Source: Paraspadella gotoi
Lineage: Eukaryota; Animalia; Chaetognatha
Direction of reading: 5' to 3'
Assembly: GCA_051294375.1 (NCBI GenBank)
Contig: CM119265.1
Coordinates: 18,958,631-19,022,630 of the forward strand
DNA: 64,000 bases
In this document: one piece after another, positions 1 through 17,700 of the stretch
Layout of the letters: each line of letters opens with the position of its first letter
Position numbering within the stretch: the stretch's first letter is position 1
Notes under the pieces: model-generated
Told to the model about the DNA's origin: nothing
Databases searched by the model: none
Seen by the model: only the letters and a program-made list of their open reading frames with translations
Program-made: the position numbers and the translations under genes

Positions 1-898
1 TAGGGACCACTCCCTTATATTTAACATCTCGCCCTGACAATTTTTAGGAATTTCCTGTTGTTTTGTTCAAAAAATTTATCCATCAAACGAAACTAATGAT
101 AAAACCAATTGACGACACATGAGGTCCTTTTATTGTCTACGACTAAAAAGTTTTTTATCCCCATTAAAAGTTGAATTAACAGTCATTAAAGTTGTTTTTA
201 CTTCTCCATTCGCCTTTAACTTTAAGTATATACTATATAGCAGCATTGTACCTCAGTACTAGTTGGTGTTAATCATTGATGTTACGTTCCCTTTTGGTAA
301 ATAAGATTGTGAGATTCTAATTTAATTTATAAAAGATGGTATATTAACTTCTAGATGTCATACTAGCTTTTTAATGTTCCTTCCGAACGACTAAAAAATT
401 CTTGGTTAATTGGCCAAACGAATTTTTTTTTTAAAGAAAAAAATAAATTCATTAACAGATTAAGTAACAAGGTTGGTTTATTAACTATCTGATTATCTAA
501 TGACGGTTAGAAAAAGTCTGTAAATAAAATGAAATAAATGTTTTTCGCCGATGTCGCGGCCGATGTCGGATTCTCCATATTCTCCCTCATTTACCATAAC
601 TCGATTCTGGCCTTTGTGCCCATTTTCATCGATCCAATTTCGTCAAGACACTGGGTGGGCTCGTATCTGATTTCAGATTGATTAGATAAATAAACAATAA
701 AAAAAACTTTTCTTTTGTGTAGAAAAGGAGAAAAAAAAAACGGTCCGCCGTTTGGAATACTATTACAATTTGATATCTATTTCTATAAAATAAGTAAAAT
801 AAAATCAATAAACTTAAATAAATAACTTTTCCAAGGGCTCGTGACAGTTGTGGCTTCTTTCCTTATTTTGAATATTCATACACTATTACCACTCAAAT

Positions 899-964
<66 letters not shown>

Positions 965-1117
965 GCTCTATCTCGGGATGGAAAATCCTGTCAAACCTCA
1001 ATATGAATTCTCTTAAAACGAGTTTTCGTAATCCTATTCTGTTCATCATTCCTTAGAACGAATATCAATTTTTTTTCCTCGCGTTTTCACTTTACGTCCG
1101 TAGAGCATCGACGAACC

Positions 1118-2548
1118 ATGAAAACGAGGACTTCCCAACCCAGAGTAGTCATCGTTGGCGCCGGTATGGCAGGATGCGCTGCCGCATGGACCCTCAAAGA
1201 CGCCGATGTGGAGGTGCTTCTCCTGGAGGGTCAGGATCGCGTCGGCGGTCGCATCCACACGATCGCCGCAGGTGCTTCCTCCGCCAAGGTGGAGCTCGGA
1301 GCAAACTGGATTCACGGCCTCGTCAACAACCCCGTCTACGAATTTTGCCTTCGCCAGGGGATTTTCAAGAAGAAGGAGCCTTTCGGCACGGGCGTCACCT
1401 TCGTCTCGGAGGGAGGAAAGATGATTTCGCCGGTTCTCGGGAAGAAGGCGGAGAAAGTCTGGAAAAAGCTGGTAGTCGAGTGCAGCACCTTTTACCAAGA
1501 GGGCATCGAAACGCCGGCCGAATTCGAGGACAGCCTCGAGAAATTCATGGACAGTCGACTGAAGCGCTCCTTGTTGGACGGAGCGGTGGACGAGGCCGAG
1601 CGGCGAGATTTGGAAGGCCTTTCCCGACAAATTAAAGGACTGGAGAGAGAAGCGTGGGGTTCGGATCAATTGAGCGAAATCTCGTTGTCTAGATTTGGAA
1701 TGTATCAAGAGCTCGAAGGCGGGGAAACGTTGATTAGAGACGGATGGTCAAGCTTGGTGGACTATCTCGTCGAAGGCTCCGGAGCGAAAGTGACTTTGGG
1801 CGCCGTAGTCGAGTCTATTGTCCTTGGCGCTTCCGATCCTCCCGTAAGGGTCCTCTTGTCGGACGGCACAGAGGTATCGGCGGACACTGTCATCGTCACC
1901 GTGTCCATTGGATGCCTGAAGGCCGGATCAATCCGCTTCATACCCGATCTCCCAGAGGCCAAGAGGGAGGCCATTTACCGAATCCCATTCGGCGTTGTGG
2001 AGAAGATCATTCTCGAATTGACCGAGGATCAATCGAGTGAATTAAGGCTGCGAACCGGTGACGTCAGCGCAGTTCGCTTTGGTTGGAACTCCGACGCGGA
2101 TGTGGACGACTTAAAGCATACCTGGACGCGCAGCCTCTACGGATTCGACTTTGTCAACGTTGACGTAGTGCTGTTGTGGGTCATAGGACCGGAGGCTCGT
2201 TACGTGCACGGACTTGATGATGTGACTCTGCTTCAGAATCTCGCCGATGCCTTTGCTACCTTTTTAAAACTACCGCTGCCTTGGATTTTTCAGCCGAAGC
2301 GGCTTCTGCGGACGAGATGGTTCCAGAATGAATTTACGAGGGGATCCTACAGTATTTTGACTGGTAGGGACGCGCGAGTCTGCGACGCGTCGGATTTGGG
2401 CAGCCCAGTTATCGGGGAAGGGGGAGCTCCGAGGCTCCTTTTTGCCGGCGAAGCCACACACCGAAAGTGGTTCGGCTCCGTGCACGGAGCGTTCGAGACG
2501 GGCGTCAGAGAGGCCAACAGAATTATAAATCATTTGAACACGTTGTAA
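1118..2548 (+). CDS. Flavin-containing amine oxidase, spermine oxidase / N1-acetylpolyamine oxidase-like; single coding exon, 476 aa
   Basis: Motifs seen: FAD-binding VVIVGAGMAG (GxGxxG), LEGQDRVGGRIHT, ELGANWIHG, RGSYS, LLFAGEATH and GSVHGAFETGVREA, all typical of the PAO/SMOX family. GC-rich uninterrupted ORF in AT-rich flanks. A polypyrimidine tract plus AG at 1102-1103 suggests a 5'UTR intron. Confidence 0.93.
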   Translation: MKTRTSQPRVVIVGAGMAGCAAAWTLKDADVEVLLLEGQDRVGGRIHTIAAGASSAKVELGANWIHGLVNNPVYEFCLRQGIFKKKEPFGTGVTFVSEGGKMISPVLGKKAEKVWKKLVVECSTFYQEGIETPAEFEDSLEKFMDSRLKRSLLDGAVDEAERRDLEGLSRQIKGLEREAWGSDQLSEISLSRFGMYQELEGGETLIRDGWSSLVDYLVEGSGAKVTLGAVVESIVLGASDPPVRVLLSDGTEVSADTVIVTVSIGCLKAGSIRFIPDLPEAKREAIYRIPFGVVEKIILELTEDQSSELRLRTGDVSAVRFGWNSDADVDDLKHTWTRSLYGFDFVNVDVVLLWVIGPEARYVHGLDDVTLLQNLADAFATFLKLPLPWIFQPKRLLRTRWFQNEFTRGSYSILTGRDARVCDASDLGSPVIGEGGAPRLLFAGEATHRKWFGSVHGAFETGVREANRIINHLNTL

Positions 2549-4846
2549 AGACTGAAAAATCGAAATTTTTCATTAATGCACTTTTTTATTGGTGATTAAA
2601 GCTTGGTTTTGTAATGTCGGGGATCGAGCCGCGAGGCAAATGACCAGAAGGTGTTAGCGGCTTGGGACCCGCAGTACTGGCTCTGTAAACTATTACTGTG
2701 AATTGGTTGTATGTAGTGGGTAGTGACGCGCCTTTAGTCTGCGCCGCCTTGACTCAAGGCTTGAGTAAAAAGGCTTTTAATTAAATACTGCGGCGCAAAA
2801 AAAGTAGCCATTTTTTTCACATCGAAAAAACCGTATTGGATGGCTGAATTTTATAAAAATATAAAAATATAAGTTAAAGCGTATTAAAAGATAAAGCGAT
2901 TGGCCCAAATCCCATTAAAATCGAGCAAAGCGTTCAAAAGTTATAAGACGTCAAACTCGATTGGTACAAAAAATCTGAAGTTAATCGATGATTTTTCCTT
3001 ATTATAAAATGAAAAAATTCAGCATAAAATATTTGTAAAGGCAAACCATTTTGAACCTATACGTATCATATTGAAATAAATGAGCAAATTATATAGAAAA
3101 ACAACCTTGTAAAAGTTGAGTGACAACTTACCCAAGGTTACTTTCAAAGGTTTTTCACCTAATTTTTTCCCCCTTATGGCATCTCGAATTTAAACGAATT
3201 AAAATAAACTCTCACAATGATATTAAAACTAAATTATTTATTGTTTGTTATAAAATTACATTTCTCATTTTATTATATTTAAAAAAAATAATTGTTTTTA
3301 ATATTTATTATCAAAATATCAAATTATTAATTAAAATTTTTTTTATAAAAAAGTAAAGCAAATTTATTGCTAACCTTTTTCATGTTTAATTACATTATGA
3401 TTATGTCAATTCTATATATAATAAACATCAGTCAGAAAAAGAAGTGTTATTAACACTAACCTATAGAAATAACTTTCCCCCAATTTCATTTTGAAACTAA
3501 CTTTAAAGTATTGCCATATAATTCAACCAATTTAAAAACTTTTTTGCACCAATCGCTAGCTCTTTAAAAAAGTTATACTTCATATATTTTTTTCAAAATT
3601 AAAAAAAGGGGTATTTAAAGCTAACAATTTACTTATTATACAATCTACTTATTTTTGTGCCGAAGTGTATATTAAATCTATAATTAAAATTATTTAGATA
3701 TCACAATTCAAGGGAGTAGGTTATTTTTTGGTTTAAAACCAACTCATTTGTATTGGACTCATGTTCCGGCATAATGGCATAATTAATGCTATTAATGCAT
3801 TATTAAAGCTAAATGATTTATAAATAGTTTAATTGTTTAATAGTTTGTTTAATTTGGTTCAAAGCGCTACCGTTAGAGGTCCTTATCAATGTCCCTGTAA
3901 AACATGTCAACCGAACAAAATAAAAGGCTTCTCTGTCCAGTGGCAGTGTCAATACAATTAGAAAGGGCTAAGTAACGACTATTATAGTAACGAATGTTTC
4001 GTTTACTCAACTGAGCGTTGGTCATTGGTCTCTAGAATGAGGTGCGAAGGGTCCGCTCAAAAGCTCGTCAGGCAGAAAACGTGCATTTGGTATGAAATGA
4101 AAAAAGGAAGTGTACTAATAAAAAAATACTAACGTTATATTCTGTTTAAAAAACGGTAAGCTTAACACGAAAAGCGAAACAAATTTTTTTCCCTTTGGTT
4201 TTGAAGCGTAATTTATTCAAGCTGCTCCCTAAAAGCGATAATTTCGCTCAACAGATCCATAATAAAAGAAACGCATAAAATTGAAAAAAATGTTTATTTT
4301 TATTCATTAAACTGCATTTTTAAAAAAATTTCAAATGAACTTTGGGAATCGATCAGATTTACCGACACGATATGGTTCAAAAAAGGTTATTTATTATATG
4401 TTCTTCGTTTATATTTTGACAAAAATACATTTAATGCTGCTGCCTACTAAATAAATAACATTTTAGCTCTATGAACAGCATCAATTACGAGCAGAATTTT
4501 ACTTGTATGAGTCTGAAATATTGAGAGGCTCTTCTGTTAGACAATAAAAATCTTGTGCAATTAACTGTAATTAAAAACTGAAAAATCTGAGACCGAACGC
4601 TTTCACACGATTGTTATTTTCTGTTTATAACTAAAGGGGAGGGGGAAAAATACAAAGGGGAAAAAATATAAATGCTGGATAAGCTTATAAGAGGTTTCAC
4701 TTCAGTAAAACCAGTCAACGTTTAATGAGGTCGAACCGTCGGGGGGTGGGAAGGGGGGAGTCTCGGAATTGATACACTGTCAATAAAAAAACATGTCTAC
4801 TGCACCTAAGAGCTGTTTACTAAAACCGACACAAAATAAGAACAGA

Positions 4847-9278
<4,432 letters not shown>

Positions 9279-10581
9279 TGTCAAGAGCGGACGAATCGAG
9301 AAGTAAGAGTTTTCTTTTTTTAATTTGCCTCGTAATCCAGAAAAAAAAGAAGTTTTTTTTAAGAGTGAATCATTACTTCGTCCGTATCTTCGGGAGCGTA
9401 AATAGAGGGCACCGGAGAGAGAGAGAGAGAGAGAGCGAGACGAAAAAATCGAAGGGTACTGGAAGATAATTGAGGTTCGGCGGCGGGGGTCGTCCCACCG
9501 AGCGGGGAGTCGGCGACGGGATCGACGACGACGAGAACGACGACGAGCCTTCCAAACCAGAGACGAAACGAGAGAGAGAGAGAGAAGGAAAATAAAAATC
9601 CAGGATCGTTTAACGAAGCGGATTTCGAGTTTATCGATTCGAGTTTATTCCTCGATTCATTAACGATAGATCGTCTGATCTTTGTTCATTTCTTTCTAGT
9701 GGGTCGGTATTTCCGAGGGGCGGTGGGCGAGTTTAGTTTTTTCCTATTTTTTTTTTTTAAGGACGACTCGAGGTTTTTTTTTTTTATTGCGAGACTTAAC
9801 CGATTTCCAACAGAAGAAGAAAAAAAAAGGGACGTAAAAACTACCTTTTTTCCCGGTCGATTGTGACGAACTGGAAAACGAAAAGGCGAGAGAGAGAGAG
9901 AGTGGCGACCGCGGGTATCGCGCAGGAGAGAGGGAGCGAGTAAGAGACAGAGAGATAGAGAACGAGAGAGAAGGGGATCCACTGGTTGAGAGCAGGAGAG
10001 GCTGAGGATGAGGAAGAGGAAGTGGGGGAGGAGGAGGAGTAGCTGGGGCGGGCGGGGTGTGGAGAGAGAGAGGAGAGAGAGAGAGAGAGAGAGTGCTTGA
10101 AGCGACGACGAGCGAGAGATAGGCGAGATCCAGCAGTAACTTTAATTGCGCAAAAAAAAAGTGAGTATATTTTTTTCAATAATAAAAAATAAATTATTTG
10201 GTTATTTTTTTTTTTTATTAATTCTTACTCATCCTGATGAATAAAACTGAAACCGCATTTCAAATTTGTGTTCAAGGATACAGTTGACGGACATCGAATG
10301 TGAATGGCAATAAATTCGGCGAAATCTACAACTTGTTGAACTCTCGAACAGATTCACTTTTTTTCGGCTCTATGGTTCTCCCTTCCTCTTCCTCTTCCTC
10401 CTCCTATTGGCGGTAGCCCGTCGAGCGCTCTTCCTCATCATAAACCCCACCTCCTCGGGTGGAGAGAACGACTCGAGGGGGAGAGAGACAGAAAGAGAGA
10501 GAACGAGAGAGAGAGAGAGAGAGAGTGCGGAGGAGGCGGCTCCGAGTCTCCAGCTCCCTCCCGAAGAGTTGACAACCGGAC

Positions 10582-10634
<53 letters not shown>

Positions 10635-13600
10635 GAGGAGGAGGTGGAGGTTGACAAAAGACTCTGATCTGGGGCTGAGAATCGGAGAAGAAATGCGGAT
10701 TAAAATGCAGAGCGAGAGAGAGAGAGAGAGAGGGAGGGGAGGAAGCGGACGCAACAGTTGAATCCCGACCATGCGGAGAACCACGAGGGAAGAGGGGGGC
10801 GACGAATTGGGGTCTTCGAACCTCCCCCTTCTTTTTTTTTAGAAACGGAATATAAAAAAAAAATCTATTTTTCTTTGTTATGCGGTTTGCGTGTTCATTC
10901 GTTTAAAAGAGTCTCGATCGTCATAAGCATTTTCTTAGTTTTAAAATATACATACAAAACTTTACGAATTTAGGGAAAAGGAAAAAAAGGGAATCGAATA
11001 ACAAATAACCCGATTTGAAAACGGAGAAAGGGCTGCGAGTTGAAAGAGAGAATTCTGTCGCTCCTGGGAAAGTTAAGTGGGCGAGGGGTAAGGCAGAGCG
11101 GAGAATGAGTAAAAGCGATTTAAGTGGGTTCAATCGGTAGATCCTACTGGATTTGGAGTTTCTTTCTCTCCCTCTGTCTCTCTCTATCTCACTCTCTTTT
11201 TTTTCTCTCTCTCTATCTCTCTCTCTCTTTCTCTCCCCCAGCGAACGGGCGTCAGGGGTGGGAACGAGATAAAAGTCGTTAAAAAAGGTAAGGGCGTTTT
11301 TTGGGTCATGGAAGTCGGGTGAGGAGCGACGAAAGACAAATCTTCCGCCCGAAAAACAGACAATTAAATGATACTTTTTTAGCGAATGACCGGTGGCGGT
11401 CCCCATTTATAAAAATACAACATACTTCATATCTTCCTGTATTTTTTAAATTGATGTCTGGTTCGTTTAGCGACTCACGCATCGGCTGAAACTGATCAAA
11501 ATGTAGTTATATGTTAGTTATGTGCGAAAAAAAAACGTTTCCGCGCTGCTGCGGAGGGGGGGGCGGTGCTGAGAGGGTCCGGGGGTGGACTTTAAACTTT
11601 TTCCAACGTTCTATCCGCGGAGATCGACGGCGATAAGATAAACGACGAAAGAGAAATTACTCCCCCGGTTATTTTGTCACACACAAGACAAGCGCGCACG
11701 AATTCAACAAAACATTCTGTGATTTAAACTCTGCCAAAGAGTCGTTTAAAAGTCGTTGCGTTTCTGTTTCGCGAAATGACAGTGTCTCTGATTCTCACAT
11801 CGTCGTTCGTGAAAACGTTGTGAAATACGCCGTGTGTGTTCCACGAACGGTTTGAGCGATGGTTGGGGGTCATCGTTTTGTCCTGGGGCCAGAGTCGAGT
11901 TATTCGGTTGGTTATGTTTTTCTTGGAGAAGAGGAAAATCAATAGAGAAAGAGCAGTAGTATTTTTTTTGAGGGGTGAGGGTGAACGCCACGTGAGATGT
12001 GTCTTTTTTGTTTTTTGTGTTCTCCAAACGATCCCCCTCCAACCGGGCCCTTCTCTCACCACCCCCCGGTTCTCTCCGTCGTCTCTCTCCTCATCTCATT
12101 TCTCTACCTCCTTCTCTTCTCGTCTCATCTCTCTCCTCTCCTCCTCTCTTATCTCCCTTCACTCACGTTGCTCCGGTTCATCGTCTAGCTCTCGGGCTCT
12201 TCTCGTCTCTCATATTCTGCTTCCCTCACTCCAACTCCTCTCTTCCCCTCATCTCCTCTCCCTCCGCTCTTCCATTCTCTCTCCCATAGTCATCCATTCT
12301 CGCCACACCTCCTCCCTCTCTCTCTCCTCTCCCGCAGTCTCCCTCGGGCTCGAGGTCACCCGATCTCCAGTCATTCAGCCGCTGTCATCTTGTCTCAATC
12401 TCTCTCCTTTCATAGCTCTCTCTCTCTCCTCTCTCGCTCTCGCCCCCTTCATTTCTTAATAGATCGCCTCTCCCTATCTCTTTGTTCTCTGCGTTTCTAC
12501 CGCAAATCGCGAATAGTGAACCGTGTGCGCTCCGGAAATTTATAACATTAACAGGAGTCGTTATTTGACGTAGAGGGATTATAGTTCTCAGTGGGACTGG
12601 CATACTTCTACGGGATTCGGTTTCGCCGACGAAGCGAAGATGAAGTGGCGCAGAAATTGTCTGTCGCGTGGCAGACCCGCTGTGGGGTGGCTCATCGGGT
12701 GCCATTGTGCGCCGCTGTCGGGGGGTACCTTTTGATTAATTAACATGCGGCGGTCGAGAGGGCTCTCTTTCTCATGCGTCCCCTCTCCTCGTCAAGTCCG
12801 TCCTCTCTCTTCTTCTCTCAACTCTTTTCTGCATCTCTCATCTCTCTTCCTTACTCTCTCTCTCTCTCTAACGCGCCTCTCCCACGAAAGGGGAAAAACC
12901 GGTCCTTGAAATAGGCGGAGGGTAAGAGAGAGAGAGAGAGAGAGAGAAGGAGCGAGAGAGAGAGAGGAGAGAGAGAGAGAAGAGAAGAGAGAGGCGCTTT
13001 GTGCGTCAGAAAAAATAGGTCTTCGTGAATGGGGGGGGATAAAGGGGGGTGGTGGGTGGAAAGGGCGCGGGAATCGAGGGGGTTTTGGGCTGAGTCACCA
13101 ACGGCAAAAATTCGTTTAGGGAGAGTTTTTGGCCAACCTAATTCCGGAGTCTTCATAAAAAGGGCAAAAACTTGGGGGGAAGGCTATTTCCAAAGAGGAT
13201 TCGTGAATTCGGAAGCGTAAGAAAAGTAGGGGATAGAAGAGAGAGAAGGTAGCAGAGAAAGGGGAAAGTTCCGGGGCGAAGTGAAAAGACTAACCTCGAT
13301 TAAAAAGTTAGGTTCAACCCATTCGAGAAAAAAAATAGTAAATTGAGAATATAGGTATATATATATAGTAAAAAAAAAAACGGGAGAATAATTTTTGTGT
13401 GTGAGTTTTAACGCGAGTTTGAGTAAAAAGGGAAAAAAAAAGATAGTCGCTTATAGAAATAGAGAAGGGATAGAAATTAGAATTGAACTGGTAGCGGGGG
13501 AAATTGTGGGAAGGGGATGCGTCGGGCATAAACGCGGCGCTAGGGTTCAAGATTAATCGAGTAACTCGATTTAAGTTAATTGGAAAAGAGAGTGACGGAC

Positions 13601-13885
13601 TCTGAAAACTATTTTTTTTTTTGTGGGTCGAAAACGAAGTTTCGTTTTTCAAAAGTTTTAATGACGAATAATACTACCGGTCGAGAAAGAAAAGAGAAAG
13701 TTCAACGTCCCCGATTTGAACTAAGTATGAAGCGCGGTTTTTCGGAGACCTCGCCTCGCCCAAAGAATTATATGTACATCGTTGACCAAAAAAAAAAANN
13801 NNNNNNNNNNNNNNNNNNNNNNNAGGGAAAAAAAAAAAGAATGAGAGGAAAAAGAGATGTAAATTAATGTTTTTTTCTTCTTTAA

Positions 13886-14797
13886 GGGGACCAGTGATTA
13901 AAAATGATATCATAAGCTTAAGGTCTATCATCAAAGGAATTTGAATGGTGATAGTCATTAATTTTTCTTTGCACGGGAAAGTGGCAAAAAAATTCCTATC
14001 TCTTATATGTAGCGAAACAACATTTAATAATATGAAAAAAAAAAAATTAGTTGACCTACAATATGTAATATAAAAATTTAAAAATCTATTATTTTATTTT
14101 TGCTTAGAAAGTAATTTTATTATCTCAATATTCCAATTTTTTATTTTTTATTGCTACAAAGCTATAATTTTAGGTTTAAGCCTCATTGAACAAAGGCTTT
14201 ACAAGACTAATATTTTTATTTTTATATTTACTTAAAAGCAGACAAATCAAACCTAAATTCATTATCTTACAGAAACAAAACTGTAATAATTATTAATTAA
14301 TATTCATATTCATCCACTTAAATGTATTAAACTATATTGATTCCTAATTATAGGAATTAAAAATCTTAGCAAAGTACAAATCTTTCTTTATGCTTTTTTT
14401 ATATTCATTATTACTTCAAAAGTTCTTAATTTTCAGTCAATTAACAGAAATCATTTTGAAAAGAAAGTTTAAATAAAATCAGCTCGATACCTTAAATTTT
14501 TACTTCATTCCTAGTTTTTTCTTATAATTTTTATGTAATAAGAAGCTTAGAAAATCTTTTTAAAATTAGGATCCTACCCTTTTTTGCGAAAAAAAAAAAT
14601 TTTTAAACTTGAAAAAAGATTTTCTTCTTATCGAATTTTTTAAAGAAAATAAGCTCGTGATTTTATCGAATTTTTTTACTACTTTCCCAAATGAATTAGT
14701 AGAAAAAACAATCTATATCGATCAGAACCAGCTTAAGTTAAAGAGGTACAAACGTTGATGTTTCAGCTTTTTACCCCCCTTGTTCCACTGGTCCCCC
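13886..14797. mobile_element. Non-autonomous DNA transposon (MITE) with TTAA target-site duplication; Kolobok-like termini
   Basis: Left end TTAA(13882-13885)-GGGGACCAGTG; right end CACTGGTCCCC(C)-TTAA(14798-14801); AT-rich non-coding interior. A TTAA TSD with purine 5' termini fits Kolobok better than piggyBac (CCC termini). The family assignment is inference. Confidence 0.6.
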
Positions 14798-17700
14798 TTA
14801 AAGAAGACGCGGGGTAATATAATATCAAGCCTCTGATCAAGGAGTCAGAGGGGGCAACGCGAATAATGCAAATAACATTAACAACCTGAAGTTTCTCGAA
14901 ACTGGGAAAAGGGAGGAAAAAAAGAGGAGGCGATCATGATATAAGAACAACGAAGACTACGCTAGTAACTTCTGTATTGAGTTGTATTCACAATGACCAA
15001 ATAACTGAAAATTAAATTTAGTCATAAAATTGTAACATGGTCGATAGGTATTCGAACACGCCAAAGAAGACGTAAGTGATTGATTCAGTTCTTTGCGTAT
15101 GATAGGTAGGAAGGGGAAAAAACGCACCCACTTTACAAAAAAATCTTATGAGTTGCCGCATAGCCGTGGTTTTTTCTTTTGTGGTTTTTTTTTGTCCACT
15201 GCCAGGTCAAGGAATTAAGAAAAGACCTGCAATCTATTCTTTCTAGATAGTGGAAAACAAAGGACTCTCCGTTTTCATACGATTAAAATCCTGACGTTTG
15301 TAACGAATATGAGGTTTTTTGTTTTTTGGAAAAAGAATGTCACTGAACGGGGGGGGAGACACGGTAGAAAATGAACTTTGTCTATTCGATGGTGTCCTAT
15401 TGGATTCAAATGAGGCGCTCATCAGCCAGTGGCCTCATACTCACTAACGAATCCTTCCCTCTCACGAAGATAAGATATCGGAATTATACCTAATGTATCC
15501 GTTCGATCACGGTATGGCCGTCCTCTCAATGATTTCCTTCTTTTTTTTTTTTTTTTTCTAACTGTACATATTAAAACTGCGAAGTTTTTGGGACTATTTT
15601 TTGGGAGGAGGAGTACGGAGATGAAAGAAGACGCATGATGAGGAAGTGGAGAGGAGTAGCGTCGAGGAGAGGACGAGGAGGGGGCAGAAAATGTTGTCCC
15701 AGGCAACCTCCTTCCGAGGGGAGCGCGAGAGGAGAGAGGAGAGAGCGAGAGACCGATGAGAGAGAGAAGGAGACGCAGGCGGCGGTTTCGATGAGAGAAT
15801 TTCGTAATACGAAAAGTTCACACATTTTCAACGGGCGACGGCCGAGGGGCGAGAGGAGAGAGAGAAGGAGGAGAAGGTGAGGCGATGAAGAAGAGAGGAG
15901 AGAAGGAATAAGAGTTGGGAAAGGTCAGCAGATAATTTTTTTCTTTTATTCTTTGGAGGACACAACTTCGATTCAGAGATTTTTTATTTTCACCGATCTC
16001 TAGGGGCGACAAAAACGGCCGAGAGCGGGCTTGTGGCTCTTCTCTCTCAGTCTCGCTCCTCTCCTCTCTCTCTCTCTCTGCGCTCTGCTCATTTTCGAGG
16101 GCTGCCACGATGATAGCGAACCACTTTTGCATGAGGCGAATTGACGACGACGACAACGACGACGTTTTTTGGGAAAATTTTGGGACAAAAGCCGAAACCG
16201 AAAAGACTTTGAGGCGGGAATGGGGCCAGAGGAGGTAGAAGTCGGGGGGCGGTTAAAGGAGAGCTGAAGGAAATTAAGAGGGCGACAAGCGGGTGGAGTA
16301 AGACTCTAGGCAGATGCACCTATAACAGATATGAGAATGAGCGGTCAGAAGTATTAGGACGACAGTAGAAGGAAAGAAGCTCGTTACTGATGTGACGGGA
16401 ACCGAAATTTCTCCAGAGCTGCCTTGAGATTGCTATGATTAGTATTGTGGGCAGCAATGAGATGAAGTGTAAGCCAATTAGATTCCTGAATTGACTTGAC
16501 AGAATTTATAAAAATTTTATTATTTTTCTTTTTTTTTGGTACTGGTTACAAGAATTAAATTCTAATACAGAATCAATCATCCTGTTACAAGTTAAACGGC
16601 AAAACGTTCTATTTACCAACGATGAGGCACGAGTCTAATTTTGTTACAGTATCGCACTTACCCAACCACCCCGACCGACTTGAGGAGGTTTATCCCCACT
16701 TTGCCCTTGCAGTCTCACCGAGAAGTGGGTTTTATCTACTATATTATCTATGACGCGTGGAGACGACGACGACAAATGGCCACCGAGCGCCGCTACTAAC
16801 CGAAGCTCTCCCCCTATATTTTTCAACCCTCAAACACGCCCAGAGCAGGATTTTGGGAAAATGAACGGGACAACTCCAGAACGTCCTCTTGGTTGTCGCC
16901 TATAAAAAACAAAACCCCACCAGGTTCAATTGGACAAAAACGAAGAAACAATTGTTGATATACCTGCAAAGGATATCGCGTAAACATGTTTATAAATATA
17001 TTGATTATTACTGCTACCTACGTCGTAGTTGTCTGTTTTCAATTAAAATTTGTGAAAAGCTTTTTACCATAAAAATATTCTCTTTTTTAATCCAATTGCC
17101 ATATTTACCTTTTCACATACAGAAACTTCTTACATATATAATTTTACAAATTTTTTCTACATGGTATCACTGCATATTTTCAATAAAAGTTAAAGCAATC
17201 TCTTGGAAAGCCCATCGTAGCGTCGAAAAGCTTGTTCGGTTGTCGAGTCGTAATTAAGTAAAACAGTAAGTGAAGTTAAAACAAACTTTTCCCGAGCCAA
17301 AAATCGACTACTTTAAGCAACTTTGACCCTTCTTTTCATTTCATAATTTACCATTTGGTTCTTATTATATAGCTCCTTTTCACACACTGGCATTATCGCC
17401 TCTGCACGAGACAGCCGCGCCCTAAACCAGTTATCATGAATCATGCGTACATCTGGTAACCACGTCGATCAAAACTTCCAGAACCCCATTCCTCAACCCT
17501 TTCTCTCATCCCCAAATGCCCCGCCCCCTCCCGGTCCTGACCACCAGCCTTGATTCTCCCCCTCCTATCTCTATTAGTTCCCTGAACAAAATTACTGTGC
17601 CCATTACCCCGAGTTGATTCCGACTCACCTAATGCACCGTCGACTCACCTTCAAAAATTCTGCGAATTGCTCACCTCGAACCACTGATCAAAATCAGCTG

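Noticed and set aside
1046-2040. Overlapping alternative-frame and antisense ORFs in the oxidase gene
   Set aside because: Shadow ORFs of a GC-rich CDS with no recognisable domains.
2690-2797. Group I intron R/S-like words (CAGACUAAA ... AAUAGUU) on the minus strand
   Set aside because: P/Q elements are in the wrong order, P8 cannot form, and the G-binding G-C pair is absent.
3975-4085. Hammerhead-like CUGACGA...CGAAAC on the minus strand
   Set aside because: Stem II does not close properly next to GAAA, and no stem I/III with a UH cleavage triplet could be built.
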